Below the pieces are notes generated by a model. That model made no database searches, was not told the origin of the DNA, and saw only the letters and a program-made list of their open reading frames with translations. Positions 55,035-64,000 of a stretch of 64,000 nt of DNA are shown piece by piece; position 1 is the stretch's first letter, and each line of letters starts with the position of its first letter. Origin of the DNA: an uncultured Verrucomicrobiae bacterium. GTDB lineage: Bacteria; Verrucomicrobiota; Verrucomicrobiia; Limisphaerales; Palsa-1400. The stretch covers positions 2,592,001 through 2,656,000 of the forward strand of contig OY969763.1 of assembly GCA_963702845.1 (NCBI GenBank), given 5' to 3'. Made by a program: the position numbers and the translations under genes.

Positions 55035-55448
55035 TTACTCCGGCGAAACTCTCCTGCGGAATTCTTTTTTGGAAGAGTGGCGGGATTTGTTGGCGAGCAT
55101 GCGTTCCTTCGCGCCGCGGCTGCGGCGGAGTTTTTGGCGGCGCGCCTTTTCAACCCTGGCGCGTTCGGCTGCCGTGCGTTCCTTTCGCATCGACTCGATC
55201 TTGTCGAGAAGGAGTTTGCGGGCGAGGAAGCGATTGAGGCCCTGTTGTCGGGTCTCCTGGCATTTGACCTGCACGCCGCTCGGACGATGGAGGAGCATCA
55301 CGCACGTGGCAACCTTGTTGACGTTCTGTCCGCCATGACCACCGGAGCGGACGAAGGATTCGTCGATATCGGTTTCGCGGACGCCGAGGGAAGCCATCCG
55401 TTGGGCGAGTTGCGTTTGTTTATCGGTTGAGACCTCGGAGGTGCTCAT
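55035..55448 (-). CDS. Peptide chain release factor-like protein (ArfB/PrfH-like)
   Basis: RSGGHGGQNVNKV GGQ motif, ETRQQGLNR, basic C-terminal tail. Confidence 0.88.
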   Translation of the reverse strand: MSTSEVSTDKQTQLAQRMASLGVRETDIDESFVRSGGHGGQNVNKVATCVMLLHRPSGVQVKCQETRQQGLNRFLARKLLLDKIESMRKERTAAERARVEKARRQKLRRSRGAKERMLANKSRHSSKKEFRRRVSPE

Positions 55449-55521
55449 GGCGGGAGGGTAGTGGTAAGGGCATCCGCTTGGAAGAAAACTTAGTTTGGTC
55501 CGAAATCGGTGGTGGGCGGAG

Positions 55522-55758
55522 ATGGGCATCCGTAAACTGCTGCTGGATAATTGGAATGAGTGGAGTGAGGGCCACTATATCGCGCCTCATCGCCAATATG
55601 GCTTCGGCTATCTGGACGCGGTGCGTCGGGTATTTTCAAGTGCGCCAGACAAACATGCTGATTTGGTCCCATTAGACATCGGGCTCGGCCCATACGAGCG
55701 GCGCGCGAAGGACGCAGAGACACGAACCTTGCGAAACTCGGTCTCTGTTTTCCTTTAG
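55522..55758 (+). pseudogene. C-terminal fragment of a GH99-like glycoside hydrolase
   Basis: LLLDNWNEWSEGHYIAPHRQYGFGYLDAVRRVF with no N-terminal part. Confidence 0.6.
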
Positions 55759-55829
55759 CCTTTAGAATTTAGCCTTCGTTCCGCGCCGTTCCTACGGCAG
55801 CGGATACAAACATCCCGAGGCCGGCATAA
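55754..55829 (+). repeat. TTTAGCC heptamer block plus degenerate oxidoreductase 3'-end copy 3
   Basis: TTTAGCCTTTAGAATTTAGCCTTCGTTCC followed by CGCCGTTCCTACGGCAGCGGATACAAACATCCCGAGG. Confidence 0.8.
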
Positions 55830-55965
55830 AAGACGCGGTTCATAGCCGGAACGATTCACTTCATCTGGCGAGCGAACGCGCCACCGCGTCGAACTATCGC
55901 GGGGGCAGTCAAAGGCGTAAAACTTTTCTGTCATATTTTTGTCCGGGCCGACATTTAATATATGA

Positions 55966-57270
55966 ATGAGCAACCTCTCTGACGGCGAATTGTTGGCACA
56001 ATTTGTCCGGAACAATTCCGAGACGGCTTTTTCCACCCTGGTGGAACGCCATCTGGCTTTGGTTCATTCCGTCGCGTTGCGACAAACCGACAATCCCCAG
56101 GACGCCCAGGACATTTCACAAGCGGTATTCATGATCCTGGCGCGGAAAGCTGCCACGCTCCGCTCCGGAACAGTCCTGCCCGGCTGGCTTTATCAAACGG
56201 CTCTTTTTACCGCGGCGAATTTTCAACGGGCTGAATGGCGGCGCACCCGACGAGAACAGGAAGCAGCTATGCAATTAGACCCGAACGAAGGTGCGCACGA
56301 CGTCGCTTGGCGTGAACTCAGCCCGCACCTCGAATCGGCCATGGCACGACTCAACCCAATCGACCGTGACGCGTTGGTGCTGCGCTATTTTCAAAACCGC
56401 AGCATGACCGAGGTTGGTGCTGCTTTCGGTTGGACCCAAAACACGGCGCAGCAAAGGGTCGGACGTGCGCTGGAAAAGCTTCGAAAACTTTTCGCCAAGC
56501 GAGGTTGTGTGGTGGGCGTGACTGCTTTGGCCGGAGTCATTTCGGCCAATGCAGTTCAGGCCGCGCCCGCTGGTTTAATAGGAACGGTAGCGAGCGGTGC
56601 ATTGTCGTCTGGCGCGGCAGCAGGCAGTTCAGCATTCACCATGGCAAAAGGAGTTTCGAAGATCATGGTTTGGATGAAAATCAAAACCGCAGCCGTTGCT
56701 ACAATTGGACTATTGATGATCGGCGGAATCTCGACAGCAACGTGGGCCACCTTTTTTAAGCCGAGAATTGTTTTCAGTTCATTCGGCTCAACAGAAAAAT
56801 ACGACAAGTCTGGTTCCTGGGCTGTCTATGATACCGGCAAGCCTGGCAAACGCGATGGCTACCGCGGGCAGGCAGAATGGTTTTCGCCGAACATCAACGG
56901 ACGATTGAAAACGATTGAAGCCGCCATTCGCTGCGACCGGCGAAACGGCGGACCGCTTGATTTTTCCATTACTGAAGACGGAAACGGCATTCCGGGAAAA
57001 GTCCTGGAACATTTTTCAGTTTTACCATCCGCCGTCGGTAAAGGTTCGATACTTGTTTTGAATTCAACGGCAAAACCAAAACTGCAAGCGGGCCAAAAAT
57101 ATTGGTTGTGCGCCGAGCCTGTGGATTCGTCGAGCCAGTGGGGCTGGTCTTTCAACAATCAGAATCTGGCAACGGGTCATGCCTACGCGGTGGAACGAGG
57201 GGAAGGGAAATGGGAATTTTTCAAAGGCGGGCCCAACAATGGCGCGTTCAGCGTCGCCGTTTCTCCATAA
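55966..57270 (+). CDS. ECF sigma-70 factor with TM and C-terminal extracytoplasmic extension
   Basis: DGELLAQF, AFSTLVERH, VFMILARKA, LPGWL, ALVLRYF, RALEKLRK; TM, then beta domain. Confidence 0.9.
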   Translation: MSNLSDGELLAQFVRNNSETAFSTLVERHLALVHSVALRQTDNPQDAQDISQAVFMILARKAATLRSGTVLPGWLYQTALFTAANFQRAEWRRTRREQEAAMQLDPNEGAHDVAWRELSPHLESAMARLNPIDRDALVLRYFQNRSMTEVGAAFGWTQNTAQQRVGRALEKLRKLFAKRGCVVGVTALAGVISANAVQAAPAGLIGTVASGALSSGAAAGSSAFTMAKGVSKIMVWMKIKTAAVATIGLLMIGGISTATWATFFKPRIVFSSFGSTEKYDKSGSWAVYDTGKPGKRDGYRGQAEWFSPNINGRLKTIEAAIRCDRRNGGPLDFSITEDGNGIPGKVLEHFSVLPSAVGKGSILVLNSTAKPKLQAGQKYWLCAEPVDSSSQWGWSFNNQNLATGHAYAVERGEGKWEFFKGGPNNGAFSVAVSP

Positions 57271-57329
57271 AACCAACGTTTGAAAACAAACTTTAGATTA
57301 GAACAAAAACAAAAACCACAACACACATC

Positions 57330-58085
57330 ATGAAAAAATTCCAAACAATGTTGGCCTTGATGGCTCTGAGTTCGGCACTGACGGCATTCGCCGCTCCGGA
57401 AAAAGACGCGCCGGCGACCGCTGAGGATCTGCTAAAAAAATTCGACGCCGCTCTGAAAGCAAAAGACAAAGATGCAGTGCTGCACCTTTTCGATTGGCAA
57501 GGGGTCTCCGCCGAAATCAGGAGTATGCACGAGCGCGTCACTGTGCAAGTGCTGCTCAGAGCGCCCGTGAAGAGCATCAAACTCGCCCCGTTGCCAGCCA
57601 GCCAGATAACAGAGTTTGAACGCAATGGCGTTCGATACCGCCCCAACGTGACGATCGTTGGCATCATCGATGTTCAGTTTGCGACGCAAGGCACGCATTC
57701 GTCTGCAGCGCAGGTGCCCTATGGAAAAAAGGACGGTCATTTTTATCTGTCCAATACTATTGAAGAACGAGTTTCCACGGAGCCGGCAGTCAAAGAACAG
57801 CCATTAAACATCAGTATTCAGGGCACCATCTCGCCGAACCCGGCAATGTTCGAAGGCAGCTACGTCTATCTCAAGGGCGGTAAAGAGGTCAAAGAAAGCA
57901 TCGTTGACGAATTTCATCACGGGAATACGAGCAAAGCGTTTTGGGGCGACCGGATCAAATCCTGCACTGTGCGAAAAACCTCGGCCGATGGACAAATCAG
58001 ATTGATGATCTCCGAGGGCGGCAAAGAAATATTCAAATCGGAATGGGAGACAAGCGATAAGCCAATTGTGTATGCTCCAAAATAA
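57330..58085 (+). CDS. Secreted hypothetical protein
   Basis: Signal peptide MKKFQTMLALMALSSALTAFA; 251-aa ORF. Confidence 0.7.
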   Translation: MKKFQTMLALMALSSALTAFAAPEKDAPATAEDLLKKFDAALKAKDKDAVLHLFDWQGVSAEIRSMHERVTVQVLLRAPVKSIKLAPLPASQITEFERNGVRYRPNVTIVGIIDVQFATQGTHSSAAQVPYGKKDGHFYLSNTIEERVSTEPAVKEQPLNISIQGTISPNPAMFEGSYVYLKGGKEVKESIVDEFHHGNTSKAFWGDRIKSCTVRKTSADGQIRLMISEGGKEIFKSEWETSDKPIVYAPK

Positions 58086-58362
58086 ATGCGTCGTGTTTAG
58101 CGGACAAAGACCACCTGTACCCAAACGCGCCAAGTGTTTGGGGCTTTATTTCTGATCGGCTTCGTATTCCTTATTTGGTCTGGAAGGGTGATTCCGGCCA
58201 CGTCGGCGGCGATGTACCTTGAAGCTAACCAATCGCCGAACCCGACCGTCCGGGCGGCGATCGATAAACGCAGCCGGCCTATCGCAGATTCAAGGAAGGT
58301 CACATCTGCACTAAAGGCAAAAATTTGAATCCTTTTCGCATCGGCGGCCATATGCTTGTAAG

Positions 58363-59575
58363 ATGATCGGTGATGACATGGAGTTGGTCCGGGACTATGC
58401 CCGACGCGGGTCCGAGGAGGCCTTCGCCACGCTGGTGTCGCGCCATGTCAATTTGGTTTACTCGGTCGCGCTGCACCAGCTTCGTGACACTCATCTGGCG
58501 GAAGAAGTTACCCAGGCCGCTTTCATCATTCTGGCGCGAAAGGCCGGCTCGCTCGATTCGAAAACGATTCTCTCAGCCTGGCTCTGCCGCACCGCGCAAT
58601 ACTGCGCCGCCGATGCCTTGCGATCTCAGCGCCGCCGCCAAATCCGCGAACAGGAGGCCTACATGCAATCCACGCTAAATGAAACTGAGCCCGACTCGGC
58701 CGCATGGCAGGACATCGCTCCGCTGCTGAACGTCGCCATGGCGGGATTGGGCGAGAAGAATCACAGCGCACTCGTGCTCCGGTATTTTGAAGGCAAGGAT
58801 TGGAAACAGGTCGGGGCCGAACTGGGCATCGACCAACGAACCGCCCAGACCCGCGCCAGGCGCGCACTGGAAAAATTGCGCAAGTTTTTCGTCAAACGCG
58901 GAATCGACCTGGCGTCCACGGTCGATTGCCGGAGCGATTTCCACCAACACTGTCCAGGCCGCGCCGGTCGCGCTTTCAAAAACCGTAACGAGTATCGCGC
59001 TGGCCAAAGGCGCGACGGCTTCCGCATCAACCTTAACCCTTATCAAAGGAGCATTAAAACTTATGGCATGGTCAAAAACAAAATCGACGGTCGTCGTATG
59101 TGTGGTAACTCTACTGCTTGGAGGCGGGATCGCCACCATCGTCCTCAAGGCGAAGGCACGCGCGGCCCTCGCCAACGATCCCGTCGCCTACCAGTTCCGA
59201 AATCAATCGCCAATCGCAACCGACAAATTGAGAGAACAACTCATCGGGAATTGGGCGCTCGAAGCCAAGAGGCTGGGCGTCGATAAAAAATATAGCCATT
59301 TCAACGACAACAACCGCCTGAAAATGTGGACCGAGACCAATTGGGCCATCATCACTTACGATGCCAAGTCGAATGTCGTGTACTCGGCCAGCGGCTCCTA
59401 CGAATTGCAAGGCGACCTTTATACCGAAACAATCGAAAAGGCAACCGGCACCATGGCCAGTTACGTCGGCGCCCGTCCGAAATTCAGACTGCGCGTCGTT
59501 GGCGATAAATATTATCAAACGGCACTGGGCGACAAGCCCGGGCTTCAGGAAATTGGCCATCGCCTCCCGCAGTGA
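58363..59575 (+). CDS. ECF sigma-70 factor with TM and C-terminal extension, frameshift near 58925
   Basis: sigma2/sigma4 in 58363..59286; VQAAP...LIKGALKLMAW + TM + lipocalin-like LIGNW domain in 58787..59575. Confidence 0.85.
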
Positions 59576-59585
59576 CGCCCAATGC

Positions 59586-59629
59586 TCGGCAAGGAGACAC
59601 TTTACTTTTTTGGCCAATTCGAGATTCGC
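59586..59629 (-). repeat. Duplicated 3' end of the 61631..63001 gene
   Basis: 40/44 identical to 61635-61678 (ELAKKVKxLLA). Confidence 0.85.
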
Positions 59630-59689
59630 GAAAGGTCGCATTGGCTTTTTGTCATGCATTATCGTCAATTGCTGATTACGATTCTGCGA

Positions 59690-61507
59690 ATGGCTGTCAG
59701 GTTTCATCGCCTCATTCCAATAATTCTGGCCTGTCTTGTATGGGCGATTGGTATGTTCCCCGTGTTCGGTAAGGACGCGTTTGATGTCACGGCAAAACAG
59801 ATCGACAGAAAAAATTTGCGCCCTCTAGGGCCAGAATACGCTTGGGAAACTGTCACATGGGGGTTCTACCTCGATGGGCATGGATTACCAAATCATTACG
59901 GCACGTTCGTCGTAGTGAGGGTTCCCAATCAGCCAAAATCAAAGCGGGAGTTGATCTGGCCTGCGTTTGCCTATGGATACGAATCACCAAATGCCGCCGT
60001 GCTGGATGGCCGAATTGTTTTTACGGCGGCAATGCCGGACCACACACCGGTCTTGATGGCGCATAAACCAGGCAGCCCGCCAATGGTCATCTCACCTGCC
60101 GTCCTGCGATTGGCCGCTCGACGACTGGGACGAACCATCGTTGTCCCCGAAAAAGATTATTATTTCAGCCAGGTCCGACTTCCGCCCGGACGCATCTGGT
60201 TGAAAGCCTCAACGATGCCCTCCAAGTCATACTCTGGCGACACGGCGTTTATCGTGGAACTTACCAGCGCTGACCTCGATCACGTAATCGATGAAACGGT
60301 AGAACAAGGTCGCCCACTCAAAGCCAAAACGTTTAATTACATTGCCGAGGACGCTTATTTTACGCGGCTAAACCGGCAGTCCTATCCCACTGACGCGCCG
60401 ACTGCGCCAAACCCAAGCTTGCGCGTAGAAAACGCATATGTCCCCGAAGACGAGCGATTGTATGGAAACGGGTTGGTGGACGTCGTCAACCGCTTCGCCT
60501 ACTTCAGCACGGTTCATGAGCCGGGCCGGATTCTAAAAGTGTCGCCAGGCGACCAACAGACTGATCCACCACGAGTAGTCGGCGCGGTGGTTATGGAACC
60601 AGAGGAAAACGATTGTTTTTATGGAACGATCGAATCCGCGGGCGGCTATGCATATTACAATGCCAAGTACGGTCGCTTGGTGAAAATTGCGCTGGGCAAA
60701 GGTGATGCAGCACCCAAGCGCATCGGTTCGTTGCTCCTTGCAAAAAATGACAGCGTCGGCCCCGGTGTAGCCGATTCCGGTGCGGGTTACGGATGCTTTT
60801 CCGGTAGAGGCAAAATCTTCAAAATCAAACTTGGCAAAGGAGACGAAATGTCGAGCCTCATTTCGACGCTGGAGCTGCCCGATCGAGCAGAGGAGATCGT
60901 GTCAGCGGTCTTGGATCCATCAACGCACGAGGTGTTGCTGGGTAGTGAATACAACATGATTTATAAACTCGATCTGGGAACCAACGAGTCCCCTCCCCGC
61001 ATCATCGGCACGATCGAATTGCCGAGGGATCAGGGCGGTTTTCGAGGCGCGCTGCTGGACCCGCGAAAGAGGTGTTGTTGTTTCATTTCGCATTTTGGTT
61101 TCGTGATCAAAATTTCCATTGGAGATAAGAACCAACCGCCGAAACTTCTCGGAGTGATGCAGGTGCCCAATAGCTTTCGCTATCTTGAGCACACGTTCGG
61201 CAGCGACAATTCTGGTTACGGTTATCTTGGCGCGGACGGCTCCGGTGATTCGCAGGCAGCAATTTTGAAAATCGATCCAGGGAATGAATCTGCTGCATTG
61301 CCACGAATTGTCGCCACACTTCCGCTGAAGCCGGGCGAGGACTACATCGCCGGCGGCGTCACAGCCCCGTGGCAAGACGCGCTCTGTTTGGGAATCGGAA
61401 CCGGGCCTTGTACATTACAAAAATTGAGTCTCGGAAAAGCTGAAAAGTCCCCAACGATCGTATCCAAAACGAAACTTCTCGCCTACCCTTACGGGGAACA
61501 CCAATAA
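59690..61507 (+). CDS. Secreted protein with C-terminal beta-propeller-like repeats
   Basis: Signal peptide from ATG 59690; repeated (I/L)xKIxLG...PxxIG units. Confidence 0.65.
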   Translation: MAVRFHRLIPIILACLVWAIGMFPVFGKDAFDVTAKQIDRKNLRPLGPEYAWETVTWGFYLDGHGLPNHYGTFVVVRVPNQPKSKRELIWPAFAYGYESPNAAVLDGRIVFTAAMPDHTPVLMAHKPGSPPMVISPAVLRLAARRLGRTIVVPEKDYYFSQVRLPPGRIWLKASTMPSKSYSGDTAFIVELTSADLDHVIDETVEQGRPLKAKTFNYIAEDAYFTRLNRQSYPTDAPTAPNPSLRVENAYVPEDERLYGNGLVDVVNRFAYFSTVHEPGRILKVSPGDQQTDPPRVVGAVVMEPEENDCFYGTIESAGGYAYYNAKYGRLVKIALGKGDAAPKRIGSLLLAKNDSVGPGVADSGAGYGCFSGRGKIFKIKLGKGDEMSSLISTLELPDRAEEIVSAVLDPSTHEVLLGSEYNMIYKLDLGTNESPPRIIGTIELPRDQGGFRGALLDPRKRCCCFISHFGFVIKISIGDKNQPPKLLGVMQVPNSFRYLEHTFGSDNSGYGYLGADGSGDSQAAILKIDPGNESAALPRIVATLPLKPGEDYIAGGVTAPWQDALCLGIGTGPCTLQKLSLGKAEKSPTIVSKTKLLAYPYGEHQ

Positions 61508-61630
61508 AAATCGCGACGAGTGCCGAAAGCGGATCATCGGAATTGATGCTCGCCGCAGGAAAATGGCGGGAACGGCGGGGGCTCCAACCGATGCAAAACC
61601 AATAAAAGACACCACTAGTAAGCTAGAAAA

Positions 61631-63001
61631 TCAGTCGGCAAGGAGGCGCTTTACTTTTTTGGCCAATTCGGGATCCGCACCCATTTTCTCGAGCGCAAGT
61701 TTTCGGTCGCGGGTGGCGACGTCGCGCCTGATTGTTTCAAGGTCGGACTCAACGTGCGGCACCGCGATGAGACTGATGCTCCCCATCTCGTCTTTGGTTT
61801 GTTCGCCCCACTCGACATGGATAGGCGGGGTCGACGGGTTGTGCGGATTGTCCGCCGAGTTGTCCCAATGAATTTCCGACGAGAGCGTGGTTCCTTTGGG
61901 CAACGGAACGAAGTCTTTGAAATAATACCGGTCCTGCCAGGCGAAATCCCAGTCCTTGATGAGCAGAAGCGTCTTCACCTGGCCGTCCGGGAGCGTCGCT
62001 GTCATTTTCATTTGCGTGGCGAGGTAATGCGCGTGCGCGCTCACGCCGACTCCATCCACCGCGACCGGCAAGGTATAGGAATCGCGCAGGACAAAATCCT
62101 TTTGACCGGCGGGAATATCGAGTCCCGAAAAGAGCGAATAGTGCGGAGGCAATTGAATGCGGGTGATGTTTCGTTCGGGCGCTTTTTTGGCGAAGTAAAA
62201 TCCGATCCGCGATTTTTCAACCTCCGGCTTGCCGGTGGGATGGAAATGATATTGGACGATGAAGTCCGATCCCGCCGGCACTTTGAGCGCAAGGCCGTTC
62301 GGAAGGAAATGCGGTTGCGCACCGACTGCCCAACCGCCGAGCGGAAGCACCTGACGACCGCCGGGGCGCATACCGTTGAAGCCGGGTTCGGCGCCCTGGG
62401 ACGGGCGTAAGTGGGCGTGGCCGCTGCCGTCAGCGAAATAGAGAACGTGATGGACGACGGCGCGTGCAGAAGGCTTCATGTCAATGGCCGTGATCCATTT
62501 GTCCTCGGCCAAACCAAGTTGAACCGGAATATTGCGATAGATGTCCGGCCCGTCGGCGGGGACATGAAAACCCGCAGGCATCTCAATCACGAGGTCGGGT
62601 TCGCCCAGTTGCCAACCAGAGGCGAATTTCGGCGGCGTGGGTTTTTGGGAGGAATCGCCCTCGAGCATGCCGGCGGCGACCCAGGCTTTAATCGTGGCGA
62701 TTTGCTGCTCAGTGAGACGGCGTTCATCGCGATAGGCGTAGGAGGCAGGTTCGGCTTTCCACGGCGGCATGTTGTGCAACGAGACGGCCTTGCCGATCGT
62801 TTTGCCCTTTCGTCGCACATCCTCATACGACAACAGGGAAAACGGGGCCGCTTCGCCCGGACGATGGCACGAGGAACAGTTTTGATAAATGATGGGGGCG
62901 ACCTGGTTGTTGAACGTGACGGCGTCGCCCGCCTGAACGACTCGTGCCGCGAATGTCAGCGCGAGAAATACGGCGAACTTTTGAACACAGTGGGCTTTCA
63001 T
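61631..63001 (-). CDS. Cytochrome c domain + copper type II (PHM/DBH-like) monooxygenase protein
   Basis: CSSCHRPG, MPPW, VVHHVL, HAHYL, WDFAWQ, DEM. Confidence 0.85.
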   Translation of the reverse strand: MKAHCVQKFAVFLALTFAARVVQAGDAVTFNNQVAPIIYQNCSSCHRPGEAAPFSLLSYEDVRRKGKTIGKAVSLHNMPPWKAEPASYAYRDERRLTEQQIATIKAWVAAGMLEGDSSQKPTPPKFASGWQLGEPDLVIEMPAGFHVPADGPDIYRNIPVQLGLAEDKWITAIDMKPSARAVVHHVLYFADGSGHAHLRPSQGAEPGFNGMRPGGRQVLPLGGWAVGAQPHFLPNGLALKVPAGSDFIVQYHFHPTGKPEVEKSRIGFYFAKKAPERNITRIQLPPHYSLFSGLDIPAGQKDFVLRDSYTLPVAVDGVGVSAHAHYLATQMKMTATLPDGQVKTLLLIKDWDFAWQDRYYFKDFVPLPKGTTLSSEIHWDNSADNPHNPSTPPIHVEWGEQTKDEMGSISLIAVPHVESDLETIRRDVATRDRKLALEKMGADPELAKKVKRLLAD

Positions 63002-63004
63002 ATT

Positions 63005-63562
63005 TTATTGGATGACGCAGCCAATGGCTTTGGTTTCCTTGAGTTTTACCGGTTGGCCCGCGGCGATGGCGTCCAACGCGTCAATCAAATCATGTTGCCG
63101 AACCGATGCACGCTTTTTTCCAAACGCGGCATAGTTGTCATCGATGCGTCCCCGATATAACACCTCGCCGTTTTTTCCGAAGACGACGGCTTCCGGCGTT
63201 ACAGTGGCGCGCGCGAGTTTTACGAGCTGATGTTTGGGATCGAGCAAAACCGGCATGGAAAGATGATACTGTGTGGCGTGCTCCCGGGCGGCGGCAGGCG
63301 TGAGTTCCGGATCAACCTGGACGATATAAAATGCGCAGTTGGTGTGGCTGGCGGCGATGCGATTCAACTCGGGAGCGTAGCCATTTGAGACGGGACAATC
63401 CTGCCAGAAAAAAACCAGCACCGAAGCGTCCTTCTCCGCCGGCTTCAACGGGTGGCGAGCCACATCGGCCAAATCGCGGAAGACGACGTCAGGCAACGGG
63501 TCCGGCGCCGCAAGGCATAGACTCGCTGCGAAACAAAGGATGGCGCAAAGATATCGCATCAT
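63005..63562 (-). CDS. Redoxin/AhpC-TSA family protein
   Basis: DCPVSN, TVTPEAVV, YRGRIDD, AIGC. Confidence 0.88.
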   Translation of the reverse strand: MMRYLCAILCFAASLCLAAPDPLPDVVFRDLADVARHPLKPAEKDASVLVFFWQDCPVSNGYAPELNRIAASHTNCAFYIVQVDPELTPAAAREHATQYHLSMPVLLDPKHQLVKLARATVTPEAVVFGKNGEVLYRGRIDDNYAAFGKKRASVRQHDLIDALDAIAAGQPVKLKETKAIGCVIQ

Positions 63563-63607
63563 GATAAAAACATCCGGAGCCGGTATAACGACCTCAAAGG
63601 CCAGAAT

Positions 63608-63970
63608 CTAGTTCTTTGGCGCGTATTTTTGTATCCAAGGCTCTGGCTTATTGCCCAAATCTTCGCCCGTCTTCGTGCGCAAATACCCAATTATATCTCG
63701 AATGACATTCGTCCGCTGAAGATTACAAACCTGGTCGAGCGGTGACCCTTCTCTCTGCTTCATATTCAGGCCGTAGCTAGCGTACGATAGGCGCTTAGCC
63801 GCTTCTGGAACATTCGTGCCAAGCGCCTCATCGCGATACCGCTGCAAACCGAATACTTCTCTCTGGGCGTATGCAACTTCCACGTTTCGAGTCATGTCGC
63901 CGAGAAAGTGAATCACGACAATGAAAAACACTCCAAGCCCAGCCCATACTTTTATCCATCGAGGAATCAT
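63608..63970 (-). CDS. Small membrane-anchored hypothetical protein (cassette-like)
   Basis: N-terminal TM, C-terminal YLRTKTGEDLG..PEPW; preceded by ATTAATT/GTTGAGG. Confidence 0.65.
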   Translation of the reverse strand: MIPRWIKVWAGLGVFFIVVIHFLGDMTRNVEVAYAQREVFGLQRYRDEALGTNVPEAAKRLSYASYGLNMKQREGSPLDQVCNLQRTNVIRDIIGYLRTKTGEDLGNKPEPWIQKYAPKN

Positions 63971-64000
63971 AGGTTCAGTATGGCCTCAACAATTAATCCA

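Noticed and set aside
59586..61678. Diversity-generating retroelement TR/VR pair
   Set aside because: No reverse transcriptase, the repeat is short, and mismatches are mixed transitions rather than clearly adenine-specific; the same applies to the 46065/46589 pair

Overview
A 64-kb bacterial chromosomal segment whose gene content points to Verrucomicrobiota, probably subdivision 3 (Pedosphaera/Limisphaera-like). The markers are a PVC-type heme-binding CxxCH protein, a prepilin/H-X9-DG protein, ECF sigma factors with long C-terminal extensions, and many REP-like palindromes. A core block at about 8-45 kb carries nfo, a 2-oxo-acid dehydrogenase E1a/E1b/E2 set, dxr-cdsA-uppS-purA, tgt, tRNA-Asn and folE2. 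It is flanked by two accessory regions. The left region (1.5-7.6 kb) has an orphan Mu-like terminase pair (gp27/DUF3486 and gp28) with no other phage genes, bracketed by two ~180-bp palindromic elements. Next to it is a two-cassette integron-like array with a canonical attC but no integrase. The right region (46-64 kb) is a cargo-accretion zone between two convergent genes whose 3' ends are repeatedly duplicated. It contains further copies of the same attI-like site, each preceding a small cassette-like ORF. The best candidates for an undescribed system are the dispersed, integrase-less attI-like single-cassette platforms, the 3'-end-duplicating accretion hotspot, and the orphan terminase module. 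A short terminator/antiterminator leader upstream of purA is also notable. Several long genes carry frameshifts that may be assembly indel errors.
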